NCBI RefSeq assembly: GCF_006345805.1
Contig: NC_043004.1
Location: 23,560,001 to 23,624,000 of the forward strand
Origin: Octopus sinensis
Taxonomy: Eukaryota
Direction of reading: 5' to 3'
Length of the DNA: 64,000 nt
Shown: positions 10,903 through 23,420 of the stretch, in pieces
Layout of the letters: each line of letters begins with the position of its first letter
Position numbering within the stretch: the stretch's first letter is position 1
Translations under genes and position numbers: made by a program
Notes under the pieces: generated by a model
What the model was told of the DNA's origin: nothing
Seen by the model: only the letters and a program-made list of their open reading frames with translations
Database searches by the model: none

Positions 10903-11947
10903 TTAAAAATGATGAAAGTCAACCTTAAAGTAACAATAGCGTGTCTCAAGCTACAAATAGTAATATTTCCCAAGCGTCTCAAACAGGGAAGACAGTGGTT
11001 GAGAGGCCTAGCCATACAAGAAGTCTGCTTTTGAAACTCTTGTCTGTACAGTCAGTGTTTGTATGAGAAGATTTGGAATCTATTGCTGCTGCAAATAATG
11101 TTAGGAAGATAAGCTGGCTGGTTTAAACACAAAACCGGTAGAATATTTGAGCCAGATATGGCCAGTTTAAATGCTAAACGGTTAAAAATGATGAAAGTCA
11201 ACCTTAAAGTAACAATAGCGTGTCTCAAGCTACAAATAGTAATATTTCCCAAGCGTCTCAAACAGGGAAGACAGTGGTTGAGAGGCCTAGCCATACAAGA
11301 AGTCTGCTTTTGAAACTCTTGTCTGTACAGTCAGTGTTTGTATGAGAAGATTTGGAATCTATTGCTGCTGCAAATAATGTTAGGAAGATAAGCTGGCTGG
11401 TTTAAACACAAAACCGGTAGAATATTTGAGCCAGATATGGCCAGTTTAAATGCTAAACGGTTAAAAATGATGAAAGTCAACCTTAAAGTAACAATAGCGT
11501 GTCTCAAGCTACAAATAGTAATATTTCCCAAGCGTCTCAAACAGGGAAGACAGTGGTTGAGAGGCCTAGCCATACAAGAAGTCTGCTTTTGAAACTCTTG
11601 TCTGTACAGTCAGTGTTTGTATGAGAAGATTTGGAATCTATTGCTGCTGCAAATAATGTTTGGAAGATAAGCTGGCTGGTTTAAACACAAAACCGGTAGA
11701 ATATTTGAGCCAGATATGGCCAGTTTAAATGCTAAACGGTTAAAAATGATGAAAGTCAACCTTAAAGTAACAATAGCGTGTCTCAAGCTACAAATAGTAA
11801 TATTTCCCAAGCGTCTCAAACAGGGAAGACAGTGGTTGAGAGGCCTAGCCATACCAGAAGTCTGCTCTTGAAACTCTTGTCTGTACAGTCAGTGTTTGTA
11901 TGAGAAGATTTGGAATCTATTGCTGCTGCATATAATGTTAGGAAGAT
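10832..11947. repeat. Tandem array of 4.0 x 279 bp
   Basis: Unit starts are at 10832, 11111, 11390 and 11669. Copies 1-2 look identical, copy 3 has 1 difference and copy 4 has 3 differences (compared by eye). Confidence 0.97.
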
Positions 11948-12237
11948 AATTGGGTACACAGAAATTGTGCATCACATTTGCAGAGGTGTCAGTGTTAAAG
12001 ATAAGAAGAGACAATATCAACACTTTGAGTCACTTGTTGGGTGATTAAATGAGTGCTCATAATTAGCATTGAGTCATCAACACATAGACTGATTATGTTT
12101 CAACAAACTATAGCAAGTCATCTTAATGGAAGAATGATTTTCTTGAAGCAAATGCATTATTTACAGCCTGAGTAAGGCTTTCAAAGTTAACGAGACAGTT
12201 TATATCAAGCCTATAAGCTCGTCATAATGGAGCATAA

Positions 12238-12438
12238 CCTTTAAGCATCTGGATTATTCTGTCAAATGTAATGCATATTTATTTACATTTTTAAAAATCA
12301 ATCATGCTTAGAGATTTTAAAGATGTGATCATTTAGTTTTAGAATAACTTTGCAGGTATGTATGAGATGCTGGATATGGCTAGGTTGAATATGAAACAGG
12401 TAGACTATTTTGATATGGCTAGTTTAAATGCTAAAGAG
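12238..12438. mobile_element. Second, older copy of the piggyBac-like MITE
   Basis: It shares ctgtcaaatgtaatgc, tttagaat.actttg and gatatgg..agtttaaatgctaaa..gttaa with 10683-10902. Confidence 0.7.
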
Positions 12439-13661
12439 TTAACCTTGCTCCTTAGGTGTAAAAGCACCAGATAGTCCAAGACTTCACAGTGTATGAGATT
12501 ACAGCCAGGTGTAAAATTAACTAAATCCCCATCTATTACTGGTACTTATTTCAGCTGATTAGGATGGAAAAATAAGAAATGAAGTGCCTTATTCAAAGGG
12601 ACAATATACCTCCTGTTCAAGGAATCACACCCACAGCTTTTATATTACAATCATGAATCCAATATCTTAACCAGCAAGCCACATATTGATTGTTTAGTAT
12701 TTTCAAAGCAGATGATTCCACTAAACACGTTTTGATACTTGTTAAGAAAAAAAAAAATAATGTTGCCAGTCAAAATAATTTGTATTTTATTACTCATTAG
12801 ACAAAAACATTGAAACAAATTTTGATATGTAAGTACTGTCTCAAACCCTAAGACACAGAGGGTCTGTTAAGTGATCTCCATGGTATATAAGCGACCAAGA
12901 TCACAACATTTCCCTAAATGGGATGTCAGTCTTTAACAGGTTTATTCATTTAAAGCTGAGTGGACTGGAGCAAAGTGAAATGAAGTGTTTCACTCAAGAA
13001 CAAAACAAAACCATCTGGGAATTGAAACCACAATCTTGCAATCAAGAGTGAAACTCCTTAACTACTAGGCCACATGCTATCAACCAAGGTTTAATAGCAT
13101 AATTAATTGAAAACATATTTAATCTTTTTTTGTGACTATTTTAATTTGATTCAAGATTATTAATTTTTTTTTCAAAATTATTCTAATTTGTATTAAGTTT
13201 ATTTTGATTTGTACTGGAAAAGGAGCAGCACCATACTTGTAGTTATATGTTTTGGTCACAGAAAATACAAGGTGAGCTGAACAGATGAGAGTTAACTGTC
13301 TTGGCAATGGATACAATACAGCAAAGTATACCACACTATGGGTCCTATTTACAGCTTGGTGGACTGAACTTTCGATAGTTAAGTGGCCGTTGATGCAGCG
13401 AACTATATTATACTTTGGCACTTATTTGCAGCTAAGTAGACTGGACTGTTGACAGTTAAGTGTCTTGGCCTACAGTGTAGGGAATTATACCACACTGTGG
13501 TATGTGTATGCAACTAGGTAACTAGACTGTCGACAGTTATGTGTGTTGGTCAGAGACACAGTACAGTGACCTATAACACTCAGTGGTACCTGTTACAGCT
13601 AGGTGGACTGTGGTATCTACCTACAGCTAGGTAGGCTGCACAGTTGATATTTAAATGGGAA

Positions 13662-14000
13662 GGTACATGGCTCAGTGGTTAGAGCATCAGGTTCACAATC
13701 ATGAGGTAGTGAGTTCAATTCGAGAACTAGGCTATCTGTTGTGTTCTTGAGGAAGACACTTTATTTCATGTTACTCTAGTTCACTCAGCTGTAGAAATGA
13801 GTTGCAATGACACTGGTGCCAAGCTGTATTGGCGTTTGCCTTTCCCTTGGATAACATTGGTGCCACAGAAAGGAGAGGCTGGTATGCATGGATGACTGAT
13901 GGTCTTCCCTAAACAACCTTGCCCAGGCTTGTGCTGCAGAAGGGAATTTTCTAGGTGAATCCCATGGTCATTCATGACTGAAGCGAGTTTTTATTCTCTT
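13662..14000 (+). mobile_element. SINE family D-like
   Basis: tggctcagtggttagagc...gagttcaattc...gttgtgttcttgaggaagacactttatttca. Confidence 0.75.
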
Positions 14001-14124
14001 TTTTTTTATAGCCTTGGACACTTTAGGAGCAGTAACATCATAAGAAGTTCTGACTCCCATAAATGAGTGTCTTACTCAGATGTCTCAATCATTTATGTAT
14101 GGGCTGTTGTTAATTATTAATTGT

Positions 14125-14600
14125 AGCATGAGGTGATGAGCTGGTAAAAACCATTTGTATGTAACAAAATGCTTAGCAGCATCTGTTCTAGCTTTGTATT
14201 CTGAGTTCAAATTCCACCAAAGCCAACTTTACTTTTCAGCCTTTGTGGGTCAATAAAATAAATACCAGTTGAGCATTGGAGTCAAATGTAATCAGATATC
14301 TTCCCCCATTCTACTCTCACCCAACCAGCAAATAAAAAAAAAAAAAAATTATGTCTTGTGTCTATAACAGAAACAATTAAAGGCAGTGAGCTGGGAAAAT
14401 CATTAGCATGTTGGACAAATGCTTAGATGCCTTTCTTCTAGCTTTATGTTCTGAGTTCAAATTCTACTGAGGTCAACGTTGCCTGTGTTATTTCAGGGTT
14501 GATGAAATACAGTACCAGTTGAACACTGAGGTTAATGTAATCAACTCTCTCCTTCCCACAAAGTTTCAGGCCTTGTACAAACAGTAGGAAGAATTATTAA
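14125..14600 (+). mobile_element. Two adjacent decayed SINE family B copies
   Basis: ctgagttcaaatt B-box and the accagttga.ca.tg segment each occur twice. Confidence 0.7.
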
Positions 14601-16099
14601 TTGTAGTATATGTGATATTTAGATCAATGTAACCATGAGTGAGTGGTGGGGGAGAGAGAAATAGAAAGGGACAATAAATAAGATTTATTGTTGGTAAACA
14701 AAGTAAGACACCAGAACAAGCAGTTAAATTTATTCAATAATTCATGAAGATTTATCCAGGATTGAAACCATTGACCGAAATAGACTATAAATTCTTACAT
14801 CTATAAATAGTCTCTGTGAAGATATACCCTAGACAAATCACTGAGAACATTATCTTGGCTGGGATTAATAAAATCAATACTAATGCAATATCCATCCATT
14901 ATTTTATATAATCAATTATTTGATTATTGATGTGAAAATTGATTAATATCGATCTAACACACAGCTAATTTCTGATGAAGATGCGGTGTAATCAGGTGAA
15001 TCAACCTCTGTATATTACAGGTATAACATAACAAGGTAGCTACTATGTTTAGAATGGAAGAACCTTTGTTTTTTAACTCCAGGGTATACAACAAATGTAT
15101 ATGAACCTATGTGCTCACATCTGAATTGCTAATTTTTCATAAGTATTATATTACTGTTTTAGTTTTTAAGTTTAAACCACTATTTTCATCAGGATTTTTA
15201 GAGATTTCATCAAAGATTGATTTCATATATGACTACAAGTGAAATTTTATCCGCAATTAAGGAGGTTACCTCATGTCTGATCTACTTGAGCATTCAACAT
15301 GCTAGAAATAGCAATCAAATCTCCCTGAAATTACAGTAATGATTGTCTTGATAAAGGAATAGGCACTTATTAAGATACACTTTTTAAGATACAAAGGTCA
15401 TGACTGGAGTGCTTTTAATCTCAGCCCACCTGGATCAAAGTTGACTTAGGGTTAATAGCTACAGATTGAAATTTTCAGCCGATGTGGCAGGAGGTGATTG
15501 AACAAAATGTCTTTTACTTAACATCACTGTTTTGCTGAAGACTAGCTCTTAGAATTGCTTGCTGCTATATTCCTCACAAATCTGTTTAATTTCCTCATGG
15601 TATCTGTAATTGCATGAACCTTAACATTTAATGGACAAGTATAGATTGGAATGGTCTATTAAATCAATCTCAACGGACTGGAGAGTCTGTTGTGAATAAG
15701 AAGGAGAAGGTCAATGAAGAGGAAACTGCTAATATCTGTGTGTCTGAGAGAAATGGCAGCTTGGAAACTAATGAATCTAGTTCTCCTGAGGATTATTCAC
15801 CCTTAGACAATATCCATGGCACATCACCTCAAACATCGCCATCCTTAGATCTTGATGAATTCTTCAAAATCAATATATTGAACCATCCTTCAAAGATGAA
15901 AGTACAAAGGCTTTACACTATATAGAGAAACCTAATTGGAGGTATGAGTAAGAGCTTACAGAGATCACCACTGTAGTACTATGGTGATGAGGATACACTC
16001 TACTATGGTGATGGGGATACAAATATGATGTCATTTGCATAGAACAGTAGTACTATGGTGATACATATAAGAGATCATGAACCTAACAGAGGAGTACTA

Positions 16100-16661
16100 T
16101 CCTATATTTAAGAGATAAATTATGTACATTATTTACATTCAACAGATATTTGTCCTCATCTTGTTTGCTGTTAACACAACATTTCAGTTGACATACCCTC
16201 CAGCCTTCTTCAGGTGTCTTGGGGAAATTTTGAACCTGGGTTCTCATTCCTAAGGTATTTTTCGATGTTATTATTATTATTATTGTTATTGTTATTGCTC
16301 AGGTCACTTCTTGGAATCAAACTCGGAATCCTGGGGTTAGTAGCCTGTGCTCTTAACCACTATGCCATATGCCCGAGGGCAATTATGGAATGAATTTTAG
16401 GGCTTATAAATCTAATATAGGATAGAAAAATATTAGATTTATAAGCCCTAAAATCACTTCATAATTGCCCACGGGCATATGGCATAGTGGTTAAGAGCAC
16501 AGGCTACTAACCCCAAGATTCTGAGTTCGATTCCAAGCAGTGAGCTGAACAATAACATCGAAAAATACCTTAGGAATGAGAAGGCTTGAGGGTATATCAG
16601 CCGAAACGTGTTAACAACAAACAAGACGAGGACAAATATCCATCGAAAGTAAATAATGTAA
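16100..16661. mobile_element. Fold-back (inverted dimer) of a ~325-bp retrozyme/Penelope-pLTR-like unit with tRNA-like Pol III boxes, flanked by a 12-bp TSD
   Basis: The diverged inverted arms meet near 16418-16432. The TSD agaggagtacta lies at 16088-16099 and 16662-16673. A box tggcatagtgg is at 16480-16490 and B box gagttcgattcc at 16523-16534. The left arm contains a hammerhead motif. Confidence 0.75.
16173..16218 (-). ncRNA. Degenerate minimal (dimeric-type) type-I hammerhead motif
   Basis: GACAC-CUGAAGA-A-GGCUG GAGGGUAUGU CAACU-GAAA-U-GU-U/GUGUU. Stem I GACAC pairs with GUGUU. The right arm keeps the perfect CAGCC-GAAACG but has lost the CUGAnGA segment through a 35-nt deletion. Confidence 0.55.
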
Positions 16662-16904
16662 AGAGGAGTACTAAGTAATATGAAAAAGAGGTCATCACAA
16701 TAAAACAGTGGTACTGAAAAAAGGGATCATCAATGTAGTACAGCAGTACTATCAAAAAGAGCTAGTATGGAAGCTTCAATGACTTTCTTGAAAGAGTAGC
16801 CAATTCTCCCTTCACTACCATTTATAAAAAAAGACACATTAGATAACATGCTCTCTGGTATGTCATGGCTGGAATATTGTTGATGATAGATCAGTATCTT
16901 TTAT

Positions 16905-17388
16905 CTATTATTTGTTTCAGTCATTAGACTCTGGCCATACTGGGGCACTGCCATGAAGAATTTTAGTTAAACGAATTGATCAACTCCAGTACTTATTTTT
17001 TTAAAGCCTGGTGCTTATTCTATTGGCCTTTTGCTGAACCACTAAGTTACAGGGATGTAAACACATCAACATCGGTTGTCAAGCACAAAGACACACACAC
17101 ATGTATGTATATATATATATATGTAGCATATATACGCAGCAAGTTTAGATGGGCTGGGCACATCACCTGGCTCACCGATAATCAGTGGACTCGCATAGTT
17201 GTTGAGTGGTACCTGCACTAGCGGAAACAACCACTCAGAAGGCCCCCACGATGGTGGAGTTACGATTTCAGGAGGGCGATTGGGATCACGTGGATGAGGA
17301 AGGGGCGATCCAGAGAGGAGCGAACAGCGTGCTGTGACCAGTGGTGTCAAATGGACGCCCGACGGACTGGTCGGTCAAGGTGAAGGTA

Positions 17389-17419
<31 letters not shown>

Positions 17420-17580
17420 AGGCTTCTTTCAGTTTCCATCTACCAAACTACACACAAAACTTTGGTTGTCCTAAGGCTATAGTAGAAGACACTAGCCCAA
17501 GATGCCATGCAGTAGAACTGAAACTAGAACTGTGGTTGGGAAGTAAACCTTTTACCTCACACTCATGCCTACACCTGCAT
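16905..17580 (-). mobile_element. SINE family A carrying a nested RTE fragment
   Basis: Both SINE halves flank 17133-17390. Confidence 0.8.
17133..17390 (+). mobile_element. RTE-clade LINE 3' fragment inserted in the (TA)n core of a SINE
   Basis: KFRWAGHITWLTDNQWTRIVVEW...RRPPRWWSYDFRRAIGITWMR matches the RTE C-terminal WAGH...W...RP..RW pattern. Confidence 0.85.
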
Positions 17581-18883
17581 GATCACAATCAGGATATGGT
17601 ATGTGTGGTGTGTGGGATACAGTATGTAAGGTGTCCTCTGTATGACTGAGTGGAGTGTAGTATGTGGTATGTTGTGTGGGAAATGCATATCATGTATACA
17701 GTGTATAAGACATTGTATGTTATGCGTGGAATGTGTTGTGCATTGGATGTAGTATGCAGTGTATAGGATGTAGTTGGTAGTGTATGTCTAGTGTATGTGA
17801 TGTAATGGTTGTGGTATGTCTTGTATGTAGTATGAGGTGTTTGTAATGTATAAGATATAGTATGTATGATGTATTTGGAAAACAACAAAGATGACTCCAA
17901 ATAACCTTTTTCTTCATTGGACAGATGGAAGGGCAACTGTAAAACCATGTATTTAACCATGTCAATATGTATCATTCCAGACCTATACAACCCACACTTA
18001 ATGAAAACTAAGTGAATAAGAAAAATAAATGGAACCAAACAAATAATGTATAACACATGTTGTTGCTGTTGCTGTTAAGAGTAAATTGATTTCTGTGGTT
18101 GCTGTTGTTGTTGCTATTGTTGGAATTGTTAAGTGTGACCAAAACTATCCCCTCTCATCAGTTACCAATATATTCAACAGAACTTCACACAGGAATTACT
18201 GGCTGTAGCATTGATTGATGGATATAATTATAACATAGGGATGGAGAGAGAAGTAGAGATGTACATACATACATAAATATGGAGAGAGAAAAAGGGAAAA
18301 AGAGAGAGAGAGAGAGAGAGATGGGGAGGGAGAGAGAGAAGTAGGAAGAGAGTGAGGGAGCGGAAACAGGAAGGGAATGAGTGAAGGTGGGAAGATAGAG
18401 ATGTTGATTGAGATCATTATCCGTATGCGCATAAATCTAAATGTCTATGCATGTGTTTGTATGTGTGTATGAATACATGTACTCATACATATGTACACGC
18501 ACACACCAACAAACACACACACATATAAATACACATGTATACACATATATATATATATGTATGTGTGTGTGTGTGTGTGTATACATACACACATGCATGT
18601 GTTTTTATGTGTTTGTTTATGAATATGTAATTTGTCATTTGTAGTCTGATGTACATATACACAATGGTACCACTTTATATGCATATATGTGTTTATATAT
18701 ATGGGTGTGTGTGTGTATGCATGTATTATGTATGTATGTACAAGTACATATACACATACATAAACACCATACAAACATACAGAGACATTTAGATGCATGC
18801 CACATCGTGTACAGTAGAACATCTTACAACATATCACATGCATAAGCTAATACATACACTTATGCAGTCACACATACGTGTAT

Positions 18884-18922
<39 letters not shown>

Positions 18923-19107
18923 TTATAAGAGAGAGAAAGAAAGGAAGAGATAAATAGTAGAGATGTAGAGAGAGAGAGAGAGAGAGAGAGAAGAGAAATA
19001 GAACAAATAAGGGAAGAAAGGGTAAAAGAACAAGAGAAGTTGGAAAATGGAATATTGAAAGAATAGGTGAGACCAAAAGAGAGAAGAAGGGAGAGAGAAA
19101 GAAAGGA

Positions 19108-19141
<34 letters not shown>

Positions 19142-19344
19142 AGAGAGAGAAGGATTAGCAGAAAATAATTATGCAACACACACACACACATAATTATTTT
19201 CTCTGTTTGAAGAATTTCTAATAGACAATTCTTTACATGTCTAACATGTAAAAATCTTGTAATCCCTATTAGCAAATGAAACATGTGTAACAGAGAATAA
19301 TATCAAAAACAGTTTCCACTTTCCTCTTTTGTTATATATCATCA

Positions 19345-19560
19345 TCATCATCATCATCATCATTTTTTTTGTCTGTTTTCCATGCTGGCTTGGGTTGGAT
19401 GGTTTGACCAGAGCTGGGAAGCTGGGAAGCTGGGAAGCTGGGAAGCTGCACCAGGTTCCAGTCTGACTCGGCCTGGTTTCTATAACTGAATGCTCTTCCT
19501 AATACCAACCACTTTACAGTATCTGCTGGGTGCTTTTAACATGCCACCAGCATGAGTGCT
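19345..19560 (-). mobile_element. Further SINE-like family (3' part with (ATG)n tail on the minus strand)
   Basis: The ccatgctggc.tgggttgga...ctgcaccagg.tccagtctga...tgc.cttccta segment is shared with ~23790-24340 and ~6020-6130. Confidence 0.6.
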
Positions 19561-20898
19561 CCTACATGAGTATGACTCTAAATAAACTACATCCATTTGC
19601 GGAACTCAGCTTCAAGGGTTCTAGGGTTTTGAGGACTAGGGTTAGGGTGAGGAGTGTGGTAGTAGCTCTTAGCCAATATTGTCTGCAGGTTTACCCTGCC
19701 CCAGAGTAGTAGTTCTGGTCAAAGTCCTAGCTATGGATTAATTGGCATGTCACAGAGTTATCACTGGAAGGGGACCATTCACAAACATTTCAATGAACTC
19801 AAGGAAGATAAGATCCTTCAGCTCTTTAACTGCTCATCTAAAAGAACTCTATACAAAGCCTGCATCCTGATAACTATTGGGCTTGTGACACTTGTTGCAC
19901 CAGATCAATACAAATTTGAAAAACAACAGAGTGGGATTGGCTCTGCATGAACCATGTCCATTATAATATATCTCTGCTGCCTTGTGGGCAATTTGTTGAG
20001 TATTTAAAAAAAAGCTAAGGGTGAAAACTCACACAGAAAATCTGTGGGGTGAGATCATTAGACAGCTATGTATCTTGCATTCCCTGGAGCTCCATGGATG
20101 TTGTAAATATGTTGACTGGTGATGTGTTTTCTTTCCTTTGTGATGTGTTTTCCTGAGTGAAGAGTGGGTAAGTGTATTTGGGGCGAGATGTTTGCTTCTG
20201 GAAACAGCCCAGGCACAGCAGAGGTGGCTAGGTTACTGCCTCTGCAATACTATTGACCAATGACAGAAAAGGACGGATGGATGGGCTGATGGACAGACAA
20301 ATATATATAAATGATGATGATGATGATGACGATATATATATATATAGATAGATAGATAGATACATGTATGTATATAGTTTAATCTAAACTAGTGGCATAT
20401 AAGTCTCATCATGGACAGATTACAGTGACAATGCAAGACATGTTTTGGTCTTATTGCTCCTTGTCAGTAAAGACCTGCATCAAGGATGTTTGTGACATCT
20501 TTATTGTTATGTTTTCACACATCAGGCATCCAAACTCCCTCTCATACTCACATTTGCATACATACATACACACACACTGGCAGACTTTTGTGTGTGTGTA
20601 TGTATATGTGTACCCTGTCTACAAGTAGCCACTTTTGCTTCCAGTCAACATTCACCTGTCAAGAATGGGGAATATATATTCACTCACTCACACTCATGCA
20701 CATGCACACATTTATATGCACATACACACAAGCATGTACTCATGCACCATGTGATTCTTCCAGTTTCCATATCTAAATTCCAATCAGAAAAGATTGGACA
20801 GCCTTTAGCAATAGTAGAAAACACCAACCAACAGTATTCACACAGTGGGATTGAACCCATGCCTTTGCCCACAAGAATTTGCAAGCAGGTGAATAATA

Positions 20899-21112
20899 TT
20901 GGTTTCAAATTTTGGCACTAGGCCAGCAATTTAGAAGGGAGAGGATAAGTCAATTACATTAACCCCAATGTTCAGCTGGTACTTATTTTATTTACCCTGA
21001 AAGGATGGAAGTCAAAGTTGACTTCGATGGAATTTGAACTCAGAATGTAAAGACTGACAAAGCGCCACTAAGCGTTTTGCTTGGTGTGCTAACAATTCTG
21101 CCAGTTCACAGC
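20899..21112 (-). mobile_element. SINE family B
   Basis: Reverse-complement copy. Confidence 0.8.
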
Positions 21113-21199
21113 TTTGTATATGCACATAATATTAGCAGTTAGAAATACACTAATCTTATTCCAGAACTTATTCATAGACTTAAAAATCCAGTTCTCATA

Positions 21200-22290
21200 A
21201 TTTTGATACTATTATGGGTCCATCTAATTCAGCCCAGGAAACAGATTTAGTAGGATAATTTTTTCTTATATAAATGAAATAGAAATTTCCTATATATGAA
21301 TGGAGGTTTATATCGCAATGATTAAGGTTATTACAACAGTTTTTTTTATTGCTCTTTATCTAAGTTTATCAGACAACTTAAAAAATGCCATTAATAAATA
21401 CTTTTGGAATGATAATCACTATCACATTTAGAAGGAATACAAAAATTATTAATTTCCTTGATGCTACTCTAAATTTAAATCCCTATAATGTACTTAACAA
21501 AGGTTTATGCTATACAAGTAAAATTTCTAACCACCCTTAATCTATAAAAGATGCTTACATATTTAAGATTATTTCAATTATTATTTCAGATCTTTCAGTC
21601 ACTGAAAGAATTTTTTATGACAGTGCATCCTAGTAAGATGATACTTTTATGTGAAGTGATTATGATGCATTGATAGATATATCTACAGTATTATACTAAA
21701 CTGAAGGTGATACATAATCTAATAAATATTCTCACTACTATTCATAAAAGCTTTAATGATGAACCTGTGTTTCTTAAGTGTAGGAATACAAGAAATACCT
21801 CTATAATCACAGATAATCTCTATAATTCTAAATTTTCATCTAAAACATGTAACACATTTAATAATAATCTCAATAGCACTTTACCAACATATGTAAATGC
21901 TCAGATAAATAATAAACAGAGTAAATAAAAAGTAGAAACTGTTTGTCATTAAGTACACTCAAATGTTACTAGTGTTTCCAGGTGTAGAAATAGACCACAA
22001 ATATCATATATTAATCATTAGTATTATAGCAACAATAATTGTAGTATATAAAACTTAGAGGGGTAGAATATTAATATTATTAATAAATCAATAAAATTCT
22101 ACTAATTCTCTTGATTAAATAATATTGTTAAAATGTTTACTGTTAACTTATCATCTACAGCAAATAAAGAGGCTTGTCATCCAACTAACAATACTCAACT
22201 AATATTTGATAATAGCAAAAAAAAGGGGAAAAAAAAGATAACATGGTATAATCTTCCTTATTCTCTACAGGTAAAACAACCTTACAAAGT
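21200..22290 (+). mobile_element. Penelope-like element reverse transcriptase relic
   Basis: Decayed motifs appear in the order expected for PLE RT and linker: TIMG, GGLYRND, INFLDATLNL, SNHP and ITWYNLPYS. Confidence 0.75.
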
Positions 22291-22387
22291 ATACTCTTTG
22301 AATTTCCAACTTTGAAATTATCTTATTTTACTATTCCTGACTCAGCATCTTTTATTGTGACATCTAATCATTGTATGTTAAACAGTG

Positions 22388-22390
22388 TTG

Positions 22391-22437
<47 letters not shown>

Positions 22438-22481
22438 CATCATCATTATTGTTATTGTTGTTATTGTTGTTGTTGTTGTTA

Positions 22482-22534
<53 letters not shown>

Positions 22535-22552
22535 GTTGTTGTTATTATTATT
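22388..22552. repeat. (ATT)n/(GTT)n trinucleotide array
   Basis: Seen directly. Confidence 0.98.
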
Positions 22553-22765
22553 AGGGTGGTGAGGTGACAGAATCGTTAGCATGCTGGGCAAAATGTTTAG
22601 CAGCATTTTGTCTGTCTTTACGTTTTAAGTCCACATTCTTCTGAAGTCGATTTTGCTTGTCATCTTTTTTGGGTCGATAAAATAAATACTAGTTGAACAT
22701 TGGGGTCATTGTAATTGACTTATCCCTCCCTTGAAACTGTTGGCCTTGAACCAAAATTTGAAATA
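22552..22765 (+). mobile_element. SINE family B
   Basis: Head follows an (ATT)n tract. Confidence 0.8.
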
Positions 22766-23126
22766 ATAATAATAATAACAATAATAATGAAGAGAAAGAT
22801 TGAGAGAGCTTCTAGGAGTTTTATGTTTAACTCTAATTTAAATTATTCAAATTTCACATGTTTAAATAAGTTGAATTATCGACAAATTAAATAAATAAAT
22901 AAAATTGATGTGTGTGTGTGTGCATATGTGTGTATGTGTATATGTATGTGTGTATGTGTGTGTGACAGAGAGTTAGAGGGAGAGAGAGAAGGAGGGAGAA
23001 AGGAAGAGAGAAACAGTAGAGAATGTAGAGAGAGGAGAGAAGAAAAATAGGGAAGAAGTATATTTTCAGTAAAAGAAAAGGCTATTGATCAGCCGAATTA
23101 TCAATCAATCTCAGATTATTATGATA

Positions 23127-23334
23127 CTCTTTTACTCGTTTCAGTCATTTGAGTGTGGCCATGCTGGAGCGCCGCCTTTTAGTCGAGCAAATCGCCCCCA
23201 GGACTTATTCTTTGGAAGCCCAGTATTTATTCTATCGGTCTCTTTTGCTGAACCTCTAAGTTATGGGGACGTAAATACACCACCGTCGGTTGTCAAACGA
23301 TGTTGGAGGGACAAACACAGACACACAAACATGT

Positions 23335-23420
<86 letters not shown>

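Noticed and set aside
10830-11852. Repeated 80-aa ORF MARPLNHCLPCLRR...
   Set aside because: It is a by-product of the 279-bp tandem duplication, partly reads through a MITE end, and has no recognisable domain.
19412-19448. (GCTGGGAA)x4 resembling clustered CSL/Ikaros sites
   Set aside because: It is a slippage expansion inside a SINE-like repeat. There is no evidence of function.
19560-20200. GC-richer block with ORF 19747-19950 (also 25420-26040 and 31860-32160)
   Set aside because: These are probably decayed TE fragments, but I could not recognise any diagnostic motif.
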